Assembly: GCA_944388605.1 (NCBI GenBank) | Contig: CALXJJ010000003.1 | Coordinates: 3,091 to 67,090, forward strand | Direction: 5' to 3' | Length of the DNA stretch: 64,000 nucleotides | From: an uncultured Clostridia bacterium | Lineage (GTDB): Bacteria > Bacillota > Clostridia > TANB77 > CAG-508 | Shown: positions 1-11,442 of the stretch, one piece after another | How the letters are laid out: each line of letters starts with the position of its first letter | Numbering within the stretch: the first letter of the stretch is position 1 | Notes under the pieces: model-generated | The model's database searches: none | What the model saw: the letters and a program-made list of their open reading frames with translations, nothing else | What the model was told of the DNA's origin: nothing | Position numbers and translations under genes: made by a program

Positions 1-469
1 TTCTTTCCCGAAGTTCACTTTGAGTTAAATTTTCCTTAGTCTTTATTATTATATCTTCTCTATATTCAATATTTAATTTATATGCTAGATTCTTTGCTAT
101 TAAAGAACTTTGATTATATCCTCTTGTTTTTTTCTTTTTATTACTTATTGGTATTGGTAGAATTATATCATATTTTTTTATTTTTCTACATACTTTTTCG
201 TTTTTTAATAAAAAATTTACAAAAGTATTATATAAATATGCCTTATCATTAAATTTATATTCTAATATTTTATCTCTTATTAAGCCTTTATATTCAAATA
301 TTGAAATTAATTCCGTAAAATTTTTATTATAAATATCTATTATCTTTAATCTCTGCAAGTCTTTTAATCTTAAATAACATCTATTACATAAACTTTTTTC
401 ATTTATCTTTCCGCAAATTCCACATTTATATGGGTATACAATATCTAATATTCTTTTAAAAATGTTCAT
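1..469 (-). CDS. comFC: ComF family protein (phosphoribosyltransferase-type competence protein ComFC), 5' part of gene; runs off window start
   Basis: Minus-strand translation from ATG at 467-469: MNIFKRILDIVYPYKCGICGKINEKSLCNRCYLRL...KKKKTRGYNQSSLIAKNLAYKL. Double zinc-ribbon CxxC..CxxC N-terminus typical of ComF. Open to position 1. Start codon overlaps recD2 stop (TAATG). Confidence 0.7.
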   Translation of the reverse strand, partial: MNIFKRILDIVYPYKCGICGKINEKSLCNRCYLRLKDLQRLKIIDIYNKNFTELISIFEYKGLIRDKILEYKFNDKAYLYNTFVNFLLKNEKVCRKIKKYDIILPIPISNKKKKTRGYNQSSLIAKNLAYKLNIEYREDIIIKTKENLTQSELRER

Positions 470-2721
470 TATAGCTCCTTTTCTAATTTATATTGTAGCC
501 CCGTATTTCTTTTTTTCCCATCAATATTATTTATCATAAAATTTATTATATTAGGATTTCCTACTATAATAAGCATTTTTTTAGCTCTGGTCATTCCTGT
601 ATACAATAAATTCCTAGTAAGTAGCATTGGCGCTGATTGTGTTATTGGCATAATTACAACATCAAATTCACTTCCTTGTGCCTTATGAATAGTTATACTA
701 TAACTATGTTCTATTTGATCCATTTCATTGTATGCATACCATGCATATTTATCGTCATCAAATTTAATTTTAACCGTTTTTGTTTCTTCATTAAAACTTT
801 CTATTTTCCCCATCTCACCATTAAATACTCCTGAACCTGATTCAAATTTTTCTCCTTTTTTCTCCCAATATATATCATAATTATTTTTTATTTGCATAAC
901 TCTGTCACCAGTTCTAAAAATTGTTTTTCCTATTCTTTTTTCTTTTGAAAAATCTGTTTCAGGATTTAATTTTTCTTGAAGTATAACATTCAACTCTTTT
1001 GTTCCTAATTTTCCTTTTTTAGTTGGTGTAATGATTTGTATATTCTCAAAAAAATCATAATTTGCATATTTTTTTAGCCTTCCTGTACATAATGATATAA
1101 CATTGCTTAGTATTTTTTCTTGATTTGTCTCTGGTATGAAAAAAAAGTCGTCTTTAATTTCTTTATCTTCGTATTTTACTCCTATAAAACTTTCACCTTC
1201 GTTTACTTTATGTGAATTTAATATTATTTTACTTTTTGCAGCTTGCCTGAAAATTTTATTAAGTACTATAACCTCAATTCTATTTGAATTTATTATATCT
1301 TTCAATACACTACCAGGTCCTACTGATGGTAACTGATCTACATCTCCTACCAATACTAATTTTGTTCCTTTATATAATGCTTTAATTAAGTTATTCATCA
1401 AAAACATATCTACCATAGAAACTTCGTCAACTATAACTACATCTCCATCAATTGGTGATACATTTATTTCTTCTGCATATTCATCATCAATTGTTTTTTG
1501 TATTTCTAATAATCTATGTAAAGTTTTTGCTTCTTCTCCTGTTGCTTCTGTCATTCTTTTTGCCGCTCTACCTGTAGGCGCACATAATACAACTTTTTTT
1601 TCTTCTTTTTTATATAATTCTATAATTGTTTTTATTATAGTTGTTTTTCCTGTACCAGGTCCTCCTGTAATAACACATACATTATTATTATTTATTGCTA
1701 ATATTGCTTCCTTTTGCTTTTCTGACAAATCTATTATAGATTCTTTTTCTATATTTTTTAGTTTTTTGTCTATATTATGTATTTTCTTTACATTACTTGC
1801 ATTTACTAAATTCATTAATCTGTCTGCTATGTTTTGTTCTATTCTATAATAATTTGCTAAATAAATCCAATTTATTTCTTTTCTTTTTTCTTCTTTTATT
1901 TCTTCTTTTGCTTTCATAGTTATCATTGTCTCATGGACATCGTCATATGTTATTTCTAACAAATCTGAAACATATTGCATCAAATTTTCTTTATTTACAC
2001 ATGAATGTCCATTGGTTGTTGCTCTTAAAAAAGCATATTTTATTCCACTTCTGACTCTTTTATAATTATTTTTTTCTATTCCATTTTTTATAGCTAAACT
2101 ATCTATTTGTTTAAAATCAATATTATTTATTATATCTAATAATATGTACGGATTTGTTTCTATTTCTTCTATTGCATTATTACCTAATCTCTTATATACA
2201 GTTTGTGCACTTTGTGGTCCTAGTCCAAATTTTTCTAAGAATCCCACTATTTGCCACAATTCCCAGTTTTCTACAAAAGAATTTGCTATTTCTATAGCCC
2301 TTTCTTTAGTTATTCCTTTTACTTTACTTAATTTTTCAGGTTCGAATTTAAAAATATGTATTGTCTCTTCTCCAAAGGATTGGACTATATTTCTTGCAAT
2401 TGCAGGACCTATTCCTTTTATTAATCCATTTCCTAAATATCTTTCTAATGCTTCTAATGTACGTGGCATTATTTTCTCAAAAGTTGAAACTTTAAACTGT
2501 ACTCCATATTCTATATGTTCAACAAAATCTCCATATAATTTTAAAGTATCACCTATATTAACAAAAGGTAAATAACCTACTATTATTGTTTCTTCTTTAT
2601 CTGTTTCCAAGACAGCAACTGTATAACTATTCATTTCATTATGATAAACTATTTCTTTTACTTCTCCTATTATCTCCAAAATTTGCCTCTTTCCTTTTTG
2701 TTTATATATTGGGAAAGTCAT
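469..2721 (-). CDS. recD2: ATP-dependent RecD-like DNA helicase (RecD2)
   Basis: ORF track 469..2775. Walker A GGPGTGKTT, helicase motifs, N-terminal OB/HhH region. Start trimmed to the internal Met (MTFPIYK) preceded by AGGAAG RBS. Confidence 0.9.
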   Translation of the reverse strand: MTFPIYKQKGKRQILEIIGEVKEIVYHNEMNSYTVAVLETDKEETIIVGYLPFVNIGDTLKLYGDFVEHIEYGVQFKVSTFEKIMPRTLEALERYLGNGLIKGIGPAIARNIVQSFGEETIHIFKFEPEKLSKVKGITKERAIEIANSFVENWELWQIVGFLEKFGLGPQSAQTVYKRLGNNAIEEIETNPYILLDIINNIDFKQIDSLAIKNGIEKNNYKRVRSGIKYAFLRATTNGHSCVNKENLMQYVSDLLEITYDDVHETMITMKAKEEIKEEKRKEINWIYLANYYRIEQNIADRLMNLVNASNVKKIHNIDKKLKNIEKESIIDLSEKQKEAILAINNNNVCVITGGPGTGKTTIIKTIIELYKKEEKKVVLCAPTGRAAKRMTEATGEEAKTLHRLLEIQKTIDDEYAEEINVSPIDGDVVIVDEVSMVDMFLMNNLIKALYKGTKLVLVGDVDQLPSVGPGSVLKDIINSNRIEVIVLNKIFRQAAKSKIILNSHKVNEGESFIGVKYEDKEIKDDFFFIPETNQEKILSNVISLCTGRLKKYANYDFFENIQIITPTKKGKLGTKELNVILQEKLNPETDFSKEKRIGKTIFRTGDRVMQIKNNYDIYWEKKGEKFESGSGVFNGEMGKIESFNEETKTVKIKFDDDKYAWYAYNEMDQIEHSYSITIHKAQGSEFDVVIMPITQSAPMLLTRNLLYTGMTRAKKMLIIVGNPNIINFMINNIDGKKRNTGLQYKLEKEL

Positions 2722-2912
2722 ACTTACTCTTCCTAATATATAACATATACTGCGAACAAATTCACGGAAAGTCAAAGAAAAAAGTTGAAAATACTATAAA
2801 TTTCAATGCTTACCGATTTGTTCTTTTATTATTTAACATTATTTCTAAACACAAAATAAGTATAGCATAATTTTATCAAAATTACTATAATTATACCATA
2901 CTTATTTTATTA

Positions 2913-3269
2913 CTAACACTTTTCTTCATATCTGTCTATCATTTCTTTACATTCTCTCCAATTGACTGTTTGTAAACAGTCATAATCTTTAGACAATTTT
3001 TCTAATATTTGCATTGTATCATCTTTTGAATCTAAATCTGTTACAATTATATCTTTAACTATATCCTCTTTTCCATATAAAATTCTGAAAATTAGACTTC
3101 TCATAAATCCTTCAATTTTCTTGCCTTGATTTTTTACTGCTATAATAAGATATATTCCATCAGACTTAAAATTATTATATGTACAAACATATACAATAGT
3201 CTTAATAATTTCAAAAACACCATATAGAGCAAATGTCCATAATATAGCTTGATAAATGAAATTTATCAT
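2913..3269 (-). CDS. hypothetical small membrane protein (one N-terminal TM helix)
   Basis: 118-aa ORF, hydrophobic N-terminus (ILWTFALYGVFEII). No recognisable domain. Confidence 0.4.
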   Translation of the reverse strand: MINFIYQAILWTFALYGVFEIIKTIVYVCTYNNFKSDGIYLIIAVKNQGKKIEGFMRSLIFRILYGKEDIVKDIIVTDLDSKDDTMQILEKLSKDYDCLQTVNWRECKEMIDRYEEKC

Positions 3270-3351
3270 ATAAAGTCCCCCCTATAATATATTATGAAAT
3301 TTATGCATAAAAGTTCTTATCACCAAATTTTACTCTATAAGTATTTTTAAT

Positions 3352-3393
3352 GGCAGTTCTTAAAATTTATTTTCTTAAATTTTAAGAACTGCC
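3352..3393 (-). terminator. perfect 17-bp stem hairpin downstream of rplQ (end of alpha operon)
   Basis: ggcagttcttaaaattt-loop-aaattttaagaactgcc, between rplQ stop (3399) and next gene. Confidence 0.5.
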
Positions 3394-3398
3394 ATATT

Positions 3399-3923
3399 TT
3401 ATACTAATTCTAATATAGCTACCTCAGCTGAATCTCCTCTACGAGGTCCTACTTTTATTATTCTAGTATAACCTCCAACTCTTCCTTCATATTTTGTAGC
3501 TAATTCATCTAATAATTTTGAAGTTAAATCTATTTTATTTCCTTTTTCGTCTTTTACTTTGTTAATCTTTTTCATCATTTTTCTTCTTGCATTTAATCTT
3601 GATGGCTTGTCTTTCTTTCTCTTTTCAGTAGTTGTTTCTTTTACTACTTTTAAATATTCCTTGCCATTTTTGCTTTTTACTAATTCTGTTATTTTGTTTC
3701 CATTATTATCTAATTTTGCTTTTACTACTTTTACATCTACCATTTCAAAATTATCTTTTTCTTTAATTGCTAAAGCTATTAAACTATCTGCTATTTTCTT
3801 TACTTCTTTTGCTCTAGCTTCTGTTGTTTCAATTCTTCCATGTAATATAAAATCAGATGTTAAAGATTTTAGCATAGCAAGTCTTATGTCTGTTTTTCTG
3901 CCTAACTTTCTATTTATAGCCAA
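3399..3923 (-). CDS. rplQ: 50S ribosomal protein L17 (long form with Lys/Glu-rich internal insertion)
   Basis: N-terminus [21 protein letters not shown] and C-terminus [24 protein letters not shown] are L17. 174 aa versus about 115-130 typical, due to a KE-rich insertion. Confidence 0.9.
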   Translation of the reverse strand: MAINRKLGRKTDIRLAMLKSLTSDFILHGRIETTEARAKEVKKIADSLIALAIKEKDNFEMVDVKVVKAKLDNNGNKITELVKSKNGKEYLKVVKETTTEKRKKDKPSRLNARRKMMKKINKVKDEKGNKIDLTSKLLDELATKYEGRVGGYTRIIKVGPRRGDSAEVAILELV

Positions 3924-3938
3924 TTTATTTCCCTCCTT

Positions 3939-4886
3939 TTAGTCTTCCTCTTTAGCGAAGTCTAATCCTAAAGAATGTAATTTATTTGTAACTTCATCTA
4001 AAGATTTCTTTCCTAGATTTCTTACTTTCATCATATCTTCTTCTGTCTTTGTTGCTAAATCTTCTACTGTTGAAATTCCAGCTCTTTTTAAACAATTGAA
4101 AGATCTTACTGATAATTCTAAATCTTCTATTGACATTTCAAGTACTTTTTCTTTCTTAGACTCCTCTTTTTCAACCATTACTTGAGTATTTCTTGCAGTT
4201 TCTGATAAATCAATAAATAATTCTAAATGTCCAACCATTACTTTAGCAGCTAAGCTTAAAGCTTCATATGGTTTTAAACTTCCATCTGTCCATACCTCTA
4301 TTGTTAATTTATCATAATCTACCATTTGACCAACTCTTGTGTTTTCAATTGAATAATTTACTTTCTTTACAGGTGTAAATATAGAATCTATTGGTAGAAC
4401 ATCTATAGCCTGATCTGGTTTTTTATTTTTTTCTGCCACATTATATCCTCTACCCATTTCGGCAGTCATTTCCATTTTCAATGAACCACCTTCTGCAATA
4501 GTAGCTATATGTAAGTCTGGATTCAATATTTCCACTGTTCCATCTGTTATAATATCACCTGCTGTCACTTCACCTTCACCTGAAAAGTCTATTCTTAAAA
4601 TTTTTTCTTCATTTTTATCAAGTTTTAACCTTACCATTTTTAAATTTATTATAATTTCTGGAACATCTTCTACAACATTTTCAATACTTGAAAATTCATG
4701 CATAACTCCATCTATTTTTACACTTGTTATAGCACTACCTGGTAATGAAGAAAGTAATATTCTTCTTAATGAGTTTCCTATTGTTACTCCATAACCACGC
4801 TCTAATGGCTCACATACAAATTTTCCATAATTTTTTTCATTGTCCATCTCTAAGCATTTTATATTTGGTTTTTCAAATTCTATCAT
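3939..4886 (-). CDS. rpoA: DNA-directed RNA polymerase subunit alpha
   Basis: 315 aa, N-terminus MIEFEKPNI, conserved alpha NTD/CTD sequence. Confidence 0.95.
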   Translation of the reverse strand: MIEFEKPNIKCLEMDNEKNYGKFVCEPLERGYGVTIGNSLRRILLSSLPGSAITSVKIDGVMHEFSSIENVVEDVPEIIINLKMVRLKLDKNEEKILRIDFSGEGEVTAGDIITDGTVEILNPDLHIATIAEGGSLKMEMTAEMGRGYNVAEKNKKPDQAIDVLPIDSIFTPVKKVNYSIENTRVGQMVDYDKLTIEVWTDGSLKPYEALSLAAKVMVGHLELFIDLSETARNTQVMVEKEESKKEKVLEMSIEDLELSVRSFNCLKRAGISTVEDLATKTEEDMMKVRNLGKKSLDEVTNKLHSLGLDFAKEED

Positions 4887-4914
4887 TTTAACCTCCCTAA
4901 ATTATCTATAAACA

Positions 4915-5541
4915 TTATTTAGAGTATAATTCAACTATTAAATGTTCTTCTACTGGAATATCAATATCTTCTCTTGATGCTAATCTCACAACTTTGCCAC
5001 TTAATTTATCTACATCTTTTTCTAACCAAGTTGGAACTGGTCTTGCTGAATTCTCTTCAACATTTAATTTTATAGCTCCATTATCTTTTCTTATTTCTCT
5101 TACAGATATAATATCTCCTGCTTTTACTAGATATGATGGTATATCTACTTTGTGACCATTTACTTCAAATGCCCCATGTGTTACAAGCATTCTAGCTTGT
5201 GCTCTTGAAGCACCATATCCTAATCTATAAACAACATTGTCTAATCTACTTTCTAATATTTGAAGCAAAATTTCACCTGTTTTTCCTCTTGAATTAGAAG
5301 CCATATCAAAATATTTTCTAAATTGCTTCTCTCCTACCCCATAAAATGCTTTTGTTTTTTGTTTTTCTCTTAACTGAGTACCATATTCTGAAAGTTTTTT
5401 CTTTTTTTGTCCATTTTGACCTGGTGCGTAATTTCTTCTTGCAATACTACATTTATCTGTATAACATCTTGAACCTTTTAAGAATAACTTCTGTCCTTCT
5501 CTACGGCAAATTCTACATTGTTCATCTTTATATCTTGCCAT
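4915..5541 (-). CDS. rpsD: 30S ribosomal protein S4
   Basis: [26 protein letters not shown] zinc-ribbon plus S4 domain. Confidence 0.95.
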   Translation of the reverse strand: MARYKDEQCRICRREGQKLFLKGSRCYTDKCSIARRNYAPGQNGQKKKKLSEYGTQLREKQKTKAFYGVGEKQFRKYFDMASNSRGKTGEILLQILESRLDNVVYRLGYGASRAQARMLVTHGAFEVNGHKVDIPSYLVKAGDIISVREIRKDNGAIKLNVEENSARPVPTWLEKDVDKLSGKVVRLASREDIDIPVEEHLIVELYSK

Positions 5542-5562
5542 TTTTTATTTCACCTTCCTTAA

Positions 5563-5961
5563 TTAAACTCTACGTCTTTTTGGTGGTCTACATCCATTAT
5601 GAGGAATTGGAGTTACATCTTTTATTGTACTTATTTCCAATCCTGCTGATTGAAGAGACCTAATTGCAGCTTCACGACCTGAACCTGGTCCTTTTACATA
5701 TACTTCCACTGATTTTAATCCATGTTCCATTGCAGCTTTTGCAGCTGTTTCTGCAGCTTGACCTGCTGCATAAGGTGTGCTTTTTCTTGAGCCTTTAAAT
5801 CCTAACTCACCAGCACTTGCCCAAGATATACTATTACCTTGAACATCTGTTATTGTAACAATTGTATTATTAAAACTAGAATGGATATGAACCATACCTT
5901 TATCGATATTCTTTCTATCTCTTCTTCTAGTTGTAGATCTTTTTGTTCCTTTAGTAGCCAT
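5563..5961 (-). CDS. rpsK: 30S ribosomal protein S11
   Basis: [18 protein letters not shown]...[14 protein letters not shown]. Confidence 0.95.
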   Translation of the reverse strand: MATKGTKRSTTRRRDRKNIDKGMVHIHSSFNNTIVTITDVQGNSISWASAGELGFKGSRKSTPYAAGQAAETAAKAAMEHGLKSVEVYVKGPGSGREAAIRSLQSAGLEISTIKDVTPIPHNGCRPPKRRRV

Positions 5962-5990
5962 TTTTCTACTCCCTTCTTAAAAGTTATATT

Positions 5991-6359
5991 TTATTTATTT
6001 TTTGCTCTGCTTACTAATTTTCTAGGACCTTTTCTTGTACGAGCATTAGTCTTTGTTCTTTGTCCTCTAACTGGAAGACCTCTTCTATGTCTTAATCCTC
6101 TATAACATCCTATTTCTGTCAATCTTTTTATATTTAGAGCAACTTCCCTACGTAAATCTCCTTCTGTCTTATAACCTTCCATTGCAGTTCTTATAGCTTT
6201 TACTTGATCATCTGTTAAATCTTTCACTCTAATATCTGGATTTACTCCAGCTTCTTTTAATATTTTTTGTGAGCTTGGTAATCCTATTCCATATATATAT
6301 GTTAATCCAATCTCTACTCTTTTTTCTCTAGGTAAATCTACTCCTGCTATACGAGCCAT
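5991..6359 (-). CDS. rpsM: 30S ribosomal protein S13
   Basis: [26 protein letters not shown]. Confidence 0.95.
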   Translation of the reverse strand: MARIAGVDLPREKRVEIGLTYIYGIGLPSSQKILKEAGVNPDIRVKDLTDDQVKAIRTAMEGYKTEGDLRREVALNIKRLTEIGCYRGLRHRRGLPVRGQRTKTNARTRKGPRKLVSRAKNK

Positions 6360-6539
6360 TTTTTAGCACCTCCAAAGTTTATTTTATTAATTATGTTGCT
6401 TTTTATTGCTAATGGTGAAATGCACTAAAAGGACCTTAGTCATTAACATTTCAAAGCATGTATATAAACACAAATCCAAGTTTCGTTAATATTAACGAAT
6501 TCAGCCGCTACTTTGATTTGTGCTTTTAACTTTTTTATA

Positions 6540-6653
6540 TTACCCTTGTCTTTGTTTATGTTTTGGGTTTTCACAAATTACTCTTATTACACCTTTTCTT
6601 TTTATAACTTTGCATTTTGGGCAAATTGGTTTTACTGATGGTCTTACCTTCAT
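6540..6653 (-). CDS. rpmJ: 50S ribosomal protein L36
   Basis: Manual translation of minus strand: [37 protein letters not shown] (37 aa). Below ORF-track size cut-off. Confidence 0.85.
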   Translation of the reverse strand: MKVRPSVKPICPKCKVIKRKGVIRVICENPKHKQRQG

Positions 6654-6703
6654 TTCAACTAGCACCTCCACTATTTTATATATTTGGGTTAATTACTTAC
6701 TTT

Positions 6704-6922
6704 TTATTTTGCTCTCCAAGTAATTCTTCCACGTGTCAAATCATATGGTGAAAGCTCTACTTTTACTTTGTCTCCAGGTAATATTTTTATATAATTCATT
6801 CTTAATTTACCTGAAATATGAGCTAGTATTTGATGTCCATTTTCAAGTTCTACTTTAAAATTAGTATTTGGTAAAGCTTCTACTACTGTACCTTCTACTT
6901 CTATAACATCTTCTTTTGCCAT
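6704..6922 (-). CDS. infA: translation initiation factor IF-1
   Basis: [30 protein letters not shown]..., S1-like OB fold, 72 aa. Confidence 0.95.
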   Translation of the reverse strand: MAKEDVIEVEGTVVEALPNTNFKVELENGHQILAHISGKLRMNYIKILPGDKVKVELSPYDLTRGRITWRAK

Positions 6923-6979
6923 AATTTCCTCCTAATACCGTTAGATAAACAATATCTTTTATATTATACTATAGTTTTT

Positions 6980-7747
6980 TTACAATGTCAATATTTCAGG
7001 TTCTTTTTCTGTAATTAATATAGTATTTTCATAATGTGCAGCTAAACTTCCATCTTCAGTAATTATTGTCCATCCATCTTCTAATTCCAATATGTCTGGT
7101 TTGCCTTCTATAACCATTGGTTCAATTGCGAGTGTCATACCTGGTTCCAATTTAATTCCTCTACCAGGTTTGCCATAATTAGGTATTCCTGGATCTTCAT
7201 GCATACTTTGACCAATTCCATGTCCTTGAAATTCTCTTACCACACTATATCCATTTTTTCCTACAAATTCACCTATTGCATGTGAAATATCTCCTATTCT
7301 ATTTCCTACTTTAGCATATTTTATCCCTTCAAAAAAGGCTTGTTTTGTTATTTCTACTAATCTTGTAGCACTTTTACTTGCATTCCCTACAATATATGTT
7401 CTAGCTGCATCTCCATTATATCCATTCTTATATACAACTAAATCTATACTTACTAAATCTCCATCTTTTACTTTAACTTTATCAGATGGTATTCCATGTA
7501 TTACTTCATCATTTATAGAAACACATATTGTTGCTGGGAAATTTGGTACTCCTTTTATTCCACTTGGATAACCTTTTTGCGCTGGAATACCACCGTTTTT
7601 TCTTATAAAGTTTTCAGCTATTTTGTCTAATTCCAAAGTTGTAATTCCAGGTTTTATAGCTTTTTCAATTTCTTTATGAACTGCATTTGTTAATTTACAT
7701 GCCTCTTTCATAAGTTCAATTTCTCTTCTCGACTTTATCGTAACCAC
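6980..7747 (-). CDS. map: type I methionine aminopeptidase
   Basis: 255 aa. Metal-ligand motifs (D..D..H..E..E) in pita-bread fold. Confidence 0.95.
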   Translation of the reverse strand: MVTIKSRREIELMKEACKLTNAVHKEIEKAIKPGITTLELDKIAENFIRKNGGIPAQKGYPSGIKGVPNFPATICVSINDEVIHGIPSDKVKVKDGDLVSIDLVVYKNGYNGDAARTYIVGNASKSATRLVEITKQAFFEGIKYAKVGNRIGDISHAIGEFVGKNGYSVVREFQGHGIGQSMHEDPGIPNYGKPGRGIKLEPGMTLAIEPMVIEGKPDILELEDGWTIITEDGSLAAHYENTILITEKEPEILTL

Positions 7748-7773
7748 TTTATTTACTTCCTTTTATTAAATAA

Positions 7774-8454
7774 TTAAATTGTAGCTTTAAGCTCTTCTAC
7801 CAAAACTTTTCCAACATCATTTGATGTTAAATTAGTTTCACTACCTAATTTTATATTTTTCAATACATTTTGATTTTTATAATAATTTATTAGTTCATCA
7901 GCTGTACTATGATAAACCTCTAGCCTTCTTTTTATAGTTTCCTCTTTATCATCTTGTCTTTGTACTAATTTTGACCCACATTTATCACATAATCCATCTC
8001 TAATTGGAGGTTTAAAATCTAAATTGTAAATTTCTCCACATTCTTTATTTGGGCAACATCTTCTTCTAGATATTCTTGCTATAACTTCATTGTCAGGTAA
8101 AGACAAATTAATAGCAAGGTTTACTTTATTATTCCCTTTACTTAAAAGTTTGTCCAATTCTTTAGCTTGATTCTCAGTTCTAGGAAAACCATCTAATATT
8201 GCTCCATTTATTACATCTGATTCTTGTAACCTATTTCCAACTAATTGTACAACAAGTTCATCTGGAACTAATAATCCTTTACTCATATAATCTTCTATTT
8301 TTTTCCCAATTTCTTTATCCTTTTTTACATATGTTCTAAAAATATCTCCTGATGAAATTCTTACTATTCCCAATTCTTTTTCTAAAATTCCTCCTATTGT
8401 TCCTTTCCCTGTTCCTGGCGCTCCTAACATTACTATAAACATTTTGATATTCAT
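7774..8454 (-). CDS. adk: adenylate kinase
   Basis: P-loop GAPGTGKGT and zinc-lid CC..C..C. Confidence 0.95.
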   Translation of the reverse strand: MNIKMFIVMLGAPGTGKGTIGGILEKELGIVRISSGDIFRTYVKKDKEIGKKIEDYMSKGLLVPDELVVQLVGNRLQESDVINGAILDGFPRTENQAKELDKLLSKGNNKVNLAINLSLPDNEVIARISRRRCCPNKECGEIYNLDFKPPIRDGLCDKCGSKLVQRQDDKEETIKRRLEVYHSTADELINYYKNQNVLKNIKLGSETNLTSNDVGKVLVEELKATI

Positions 8455-8510
8455 TCCTTTCTAGGCATAACTATAGTTTTTATATAGTCCAAACTTTTTT
8501 ACAAACAAAC

Positions 8511-8588
8511 AAGAAGTCTTGAATTTTCGATATGTACACTAATCTAACAGGACGTTAGAATGTAGCATCGTCCTTTTCAGACTTCTTC
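8511..8588 (-). other. nested GC-rich stem-loops in an unusually long secY-adk spacer
   Basis: Outer stem aagaagtcttgaa/ttcagacttctt enclosing inner hairpin aggacg...cgtcct. Spacer is 155 nt, versus near-adjacent genes in most Firmicutes. Confidence 0.3.
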
Positions 8589-8609
8589 GCTTTGTATATA
8601 TTATTTTAT

Positions 8610-9935
8610 TTAATCTAAAAATCCTTTATAATGACGTACAGCTAATTGAGATTCCATTTGTTGCACTATTTCAATAGCAACACTAACTACAATAAGTATT
8701 GATGTTCCTCCAAATGCTAAATTTAAAGTTGTAAACCTTAAGAACATTGGAAGGATAGCAATTATTGCTAAGAATATTCCTCCATATAATGTTAATTTTG
8801 AAATTACATTTGATAAATATTCTGTTGTTGGTTTACCAGCTCTTATACCTGGTATAAATCCGCCATTTCTTTTAATATTATTTGATATATCTGCTGGATT
8901 AAATGTTGCATATGTATAAAAATATGTAAATCCTATAATTAATAACAAATATATTATTGCATTAGCAATTGTAAAACCTATTGCCACTTCTGAAGATGAT
9001 GTTGCAAGTGAGAAATTGTAAATTGTATACCAAAAACCTGATGTTCTTTCTGCTATATCTTTAATAAACAAAGGTATGATCATTGCAGGAAATGTCATAA
9101 ATGAAGAAGCAAATATTATTGGCATTACACCTGCCATTGCAAGTTTCAATGGTATATGTGTATTTTGTGCTCCTACCATCTTTCTTCCTACCACTCTTTT
9201 TGAATACTGTACAGGAATTCTTCTTTCTGCTTGTTGTACAAATACAACACCAGCAACTAATAATATAGCTCCTATAATAACTCCTATAGCTGTTAATAAT
9301 CCTGTAGTACTAAATGTTCCATTACCTGCAATCAAGTTCCAAATTGTAACTACAGCTGATGGAAGTCCTGCTATAATACCTACAAATATAATTAATGAAA
9401 TTCCATTACCTATTCCTTTATTTGTAATCTCTTCTCCTAACCACATTAAAATAGCTGTTCCTGCCATTAATGAAATTATAATTGTTATCGCTGTTCCAAT
9501 TCCTGTATCTAAGAATATTCCTGAATTTCTATAAGATAAATATATTCCTAATCCTTCTATTAAAGCTAATATTATAGTAAGAATCTTTGTATACAAACTC
9601 ATCTTTCTTCTTCCTACTTCTCCACCTTCTTTTGCTAATCTTTCTAATGCAGGAATTACAAATGTTAACAATTGAATTACAATTGATGCTGTAATATATG
9701 GAGTTATTGACATAGCAAATATTGAAAATCTAGAAAATGCTCCTCCTGATATTAAGTCAACAATTCCAGATAAACCACTTGCTGATGCATTCATAATTGT
9801 CGATAATTGAAATGTATCTACTCCAGGGATTGTTATATAACATCCTAAACGGAATATAACAATTAGTAACAATGTATATAATATTCTTTTTCTAACTTCA
9901 GGTGTTTTAATTGCATTTATTATCGTTTTAAACAA
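8610..9935 (-). CDS. secY: preprotein translocase subunit SecY
   Basis: 441 aa, 10-TM SecY sequence. Confidence 0.95.
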   Translation of the reverse strand: MFKTIINAIKTPEVRKRILYTLLLIVIFRLGCYITIPGVDTFQLSTIMNASASGLSGIVDLISGGAFSRFSIFAMSITPYITASIVIQLLTFVIPALERLAKEGGEVGRRKMSLYTKILTIILALIEGLGIYLSYRNSGIFLDTGIGTAITIIISLMAGTAILMWLGEEITNKGIGNGISLIIFVGIIAGLPSAVVTIWNLIAGNGTFSTTGLLTAIGVIIGAILLVAGVVFVQQAERRIPVQYSKRVVGRKMVGAQNTHIPLKLAMAGVMPIIFASSFMTFPAMIIPLFIKDIAERTSGFWYTIYNFSLATSSSEVAIGFTIANAIIYLLLIIGFTYFYTYATFNPADISNNIKRNGGFIPGIRAGKPTTEYLSNVISKLTLYGGIFLAIIAILPMFLRFTTLNLAFGGTSILIVVSVAIEIVQQMESQLAVRHYKGFLD

Positions 9936-10370
9936 TTATATCACCTCTGTCTTTCCACCTAAAGCTTCAATTTTTTCTTTTGCAGCTTTAGTAAATCTTA
10001 CAGCTTTAACTGTTAATTTCTTTTCAAGATTACCAGTAGCAAGAATAACTATTCCATCTTTCTTCTTACTAATGATACCATCTTTAATTAAACTTTCTGC
10101 TGTAACTTCTTCTGTAGTTGCTTTATTAAGCATTGTTAATGTTACTTCAACATAGTCTTTTGCATGTATATTAGTGAAACCTCTTTTTGGTAGTCTTCTA
10201 TATAATGGTGTTTGACCACCTTCGAAACCTCTTCTAACACCACCGCCAGATCTAGCCTTTTGACCTTTATGTCCTCTTCCAGAAGTCTTACCTAGTCCTG
10301 AACCTATTCCACGTCCAACTCTAGTCCTTGTTTTACTTACTTTAGCTGATCTTATTTCTCCTAGCTTCAT
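9936..10370 (-). CDS. rplO: 50S ribosomal protein L15
   Basis: ORF track 9936..10382. Start trimmed to MKLGEI, preceded by AGGAGG RBS. Gly/Arg-rich L15 N-domain. Confidence 0.9.
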   Translation of the reverse strand: MKLGEIRSAKVSKTRTRVGRGIGSGLGKTSGRGHKGQKARSGGGVRRGFEGGQTPLYRRLPKRGFTNIHAKDYVEVTLTMLNKATTEEVTAESLIKDGIISKKKDGIVILATGNLEKKLTVKAVRFTKAAKEKIEALGGKTEVI

Positions 10371-10394
10371 GATGATTAGCACCTCCTATTTTAA

Positions 10395-10889
10395 TTATAA
10401 TATATCTTCTACTTTTTTATCTCTTTTTTTAGCCACTTGCTCTATTGTTTGCATACTTTTTAATCCTTCTATTGTAGCATAAACAACATTTCTTGGATTG
10501 TTAGTTCCTATAACTTTTGTTCTTATATCTCTATATCCTGCAAGTTCTAAAACTGGTCTAACGCTTCCTCCTGCTATAACTCCAGTACCTTCTGTAGCTG
10601 GTTTTAACATAACTTTAGCACTTCCAAACTTTCCAACATATTCGTGAGGAATTGTTGTTCCTACTAGTGGTACTTGTACTAAATTCTTTTTAGCTTCTTC
10701 TATAGCCTTTTTTATAGCATCTGGAACTTCTGCCGCTTTACCATTTCCTACACCTACACATCCAGCTCCATCTCCTACTACCACTACAGCACTAAATCTA
10801 AAAGTTCTACCACCTTTAACAACTTTAGCAACTCTATTTATAGCTACAACTTTCTCTTTTAATTCTGTTTGCTTTTCTTCGTTTTGCAC
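10395..10889 (-). CDS. rpsE: 30S ribosomal protein S5
   Basis: [19 protein letters not shown]... S5 dsRBD. Confidence 0.95.
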   Translation of the reverse strand: MQNEEKQTELKEKVVAINRVAKVVKGGRTFRFSAVVVVGDGAGCVGVGNGKAAEVPDAIKKAIEEAKKNLVQVPLVGTTIPHEYVGKFGSAKVMLKPATEGTGVIAGGSVRPVLELAGYRDIRTKVIGTNNPRNVVYATIEGLKSMQTIEQVAKKRDKKVEDIL

Positions 10890-10904
10890 TTACTTTCCCT
10901 CCTT

Positions 10905-11264
10905 TTAGAATTCTAATCCACCACTTCTTGCGGCTTCTGCTAACTCTTTTATTACACCATGGTAAATATATCCACCTCTATCAAATACTACAGTCTTAAT
11001 ATTTTTTTCGATGGCTTTTTTTGCAATTAATTCTCCTAATTCTTTTGCTGCTATTTTATTTGCATGCTTTTCCTTTATTTCATTATCTAAAGTACTTGCA
11101 CTTACTAGAGTATTTGCTACAACATCATCTATTATCTGTACATATAAAGCTTTATTACTTCTAAAAACACATAGTCTTGGACGTTCTGCAGTTCCTTTTA
11201 TTTTTCTACGTACTCTTATATGTCTTCTAACTCTTTGTGCTTTTCTGTCTATTTTCTTTATCAT
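10905..11264 (-). CDS. rplR: 50S ribosomal protein L18
   Basis: 119 aa, [11 protein letters not shown] motif. Confidence 0.95.
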   Translation of the reverse strand: MIKKIDRKAQRVRRHIRVRRKIKGTAERPRLCVFRSNKALYVQIIDDVVANTLVSASTLDNEIKEKHANKIAAKELGELIAKKAIEKNIKTVVFDRGGYIYHGVIKELAEAARSGGLEF

Positions 11265-11442
11265 TTTAATCTCCTTTCTAACTAATGTTTTTGCACTAGT
11301 TTATTTTAGATTTTCTTTTTATTACTAGACTAATTTTAATTAATACTAGGTGAACAAATAAAATTTTCGACATAGTACCAGTTGTACATTGAAACAATTT
11401 TTATTGAGTTCTAATAACACAGTACTAAGTTTTTCATTAAAA

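Noticed and set aside
3559-3942. 127-aa plus-strand ORF inside rplQ, plus many similar 60-230 aa ORFs antisense to ribosomal and other genes (e.g. 9076..9534, 11011..11328, 13102..13797, 17741..18181, 38247..39131, 53531..54130)
   Set aside because: These are fully embedded antisense to strongly supported conserved genes. Their products are low-complexity and hydrophobic, with F/L/I-rich translations typical of AT-rich antisense frames, and there are no RBSs.
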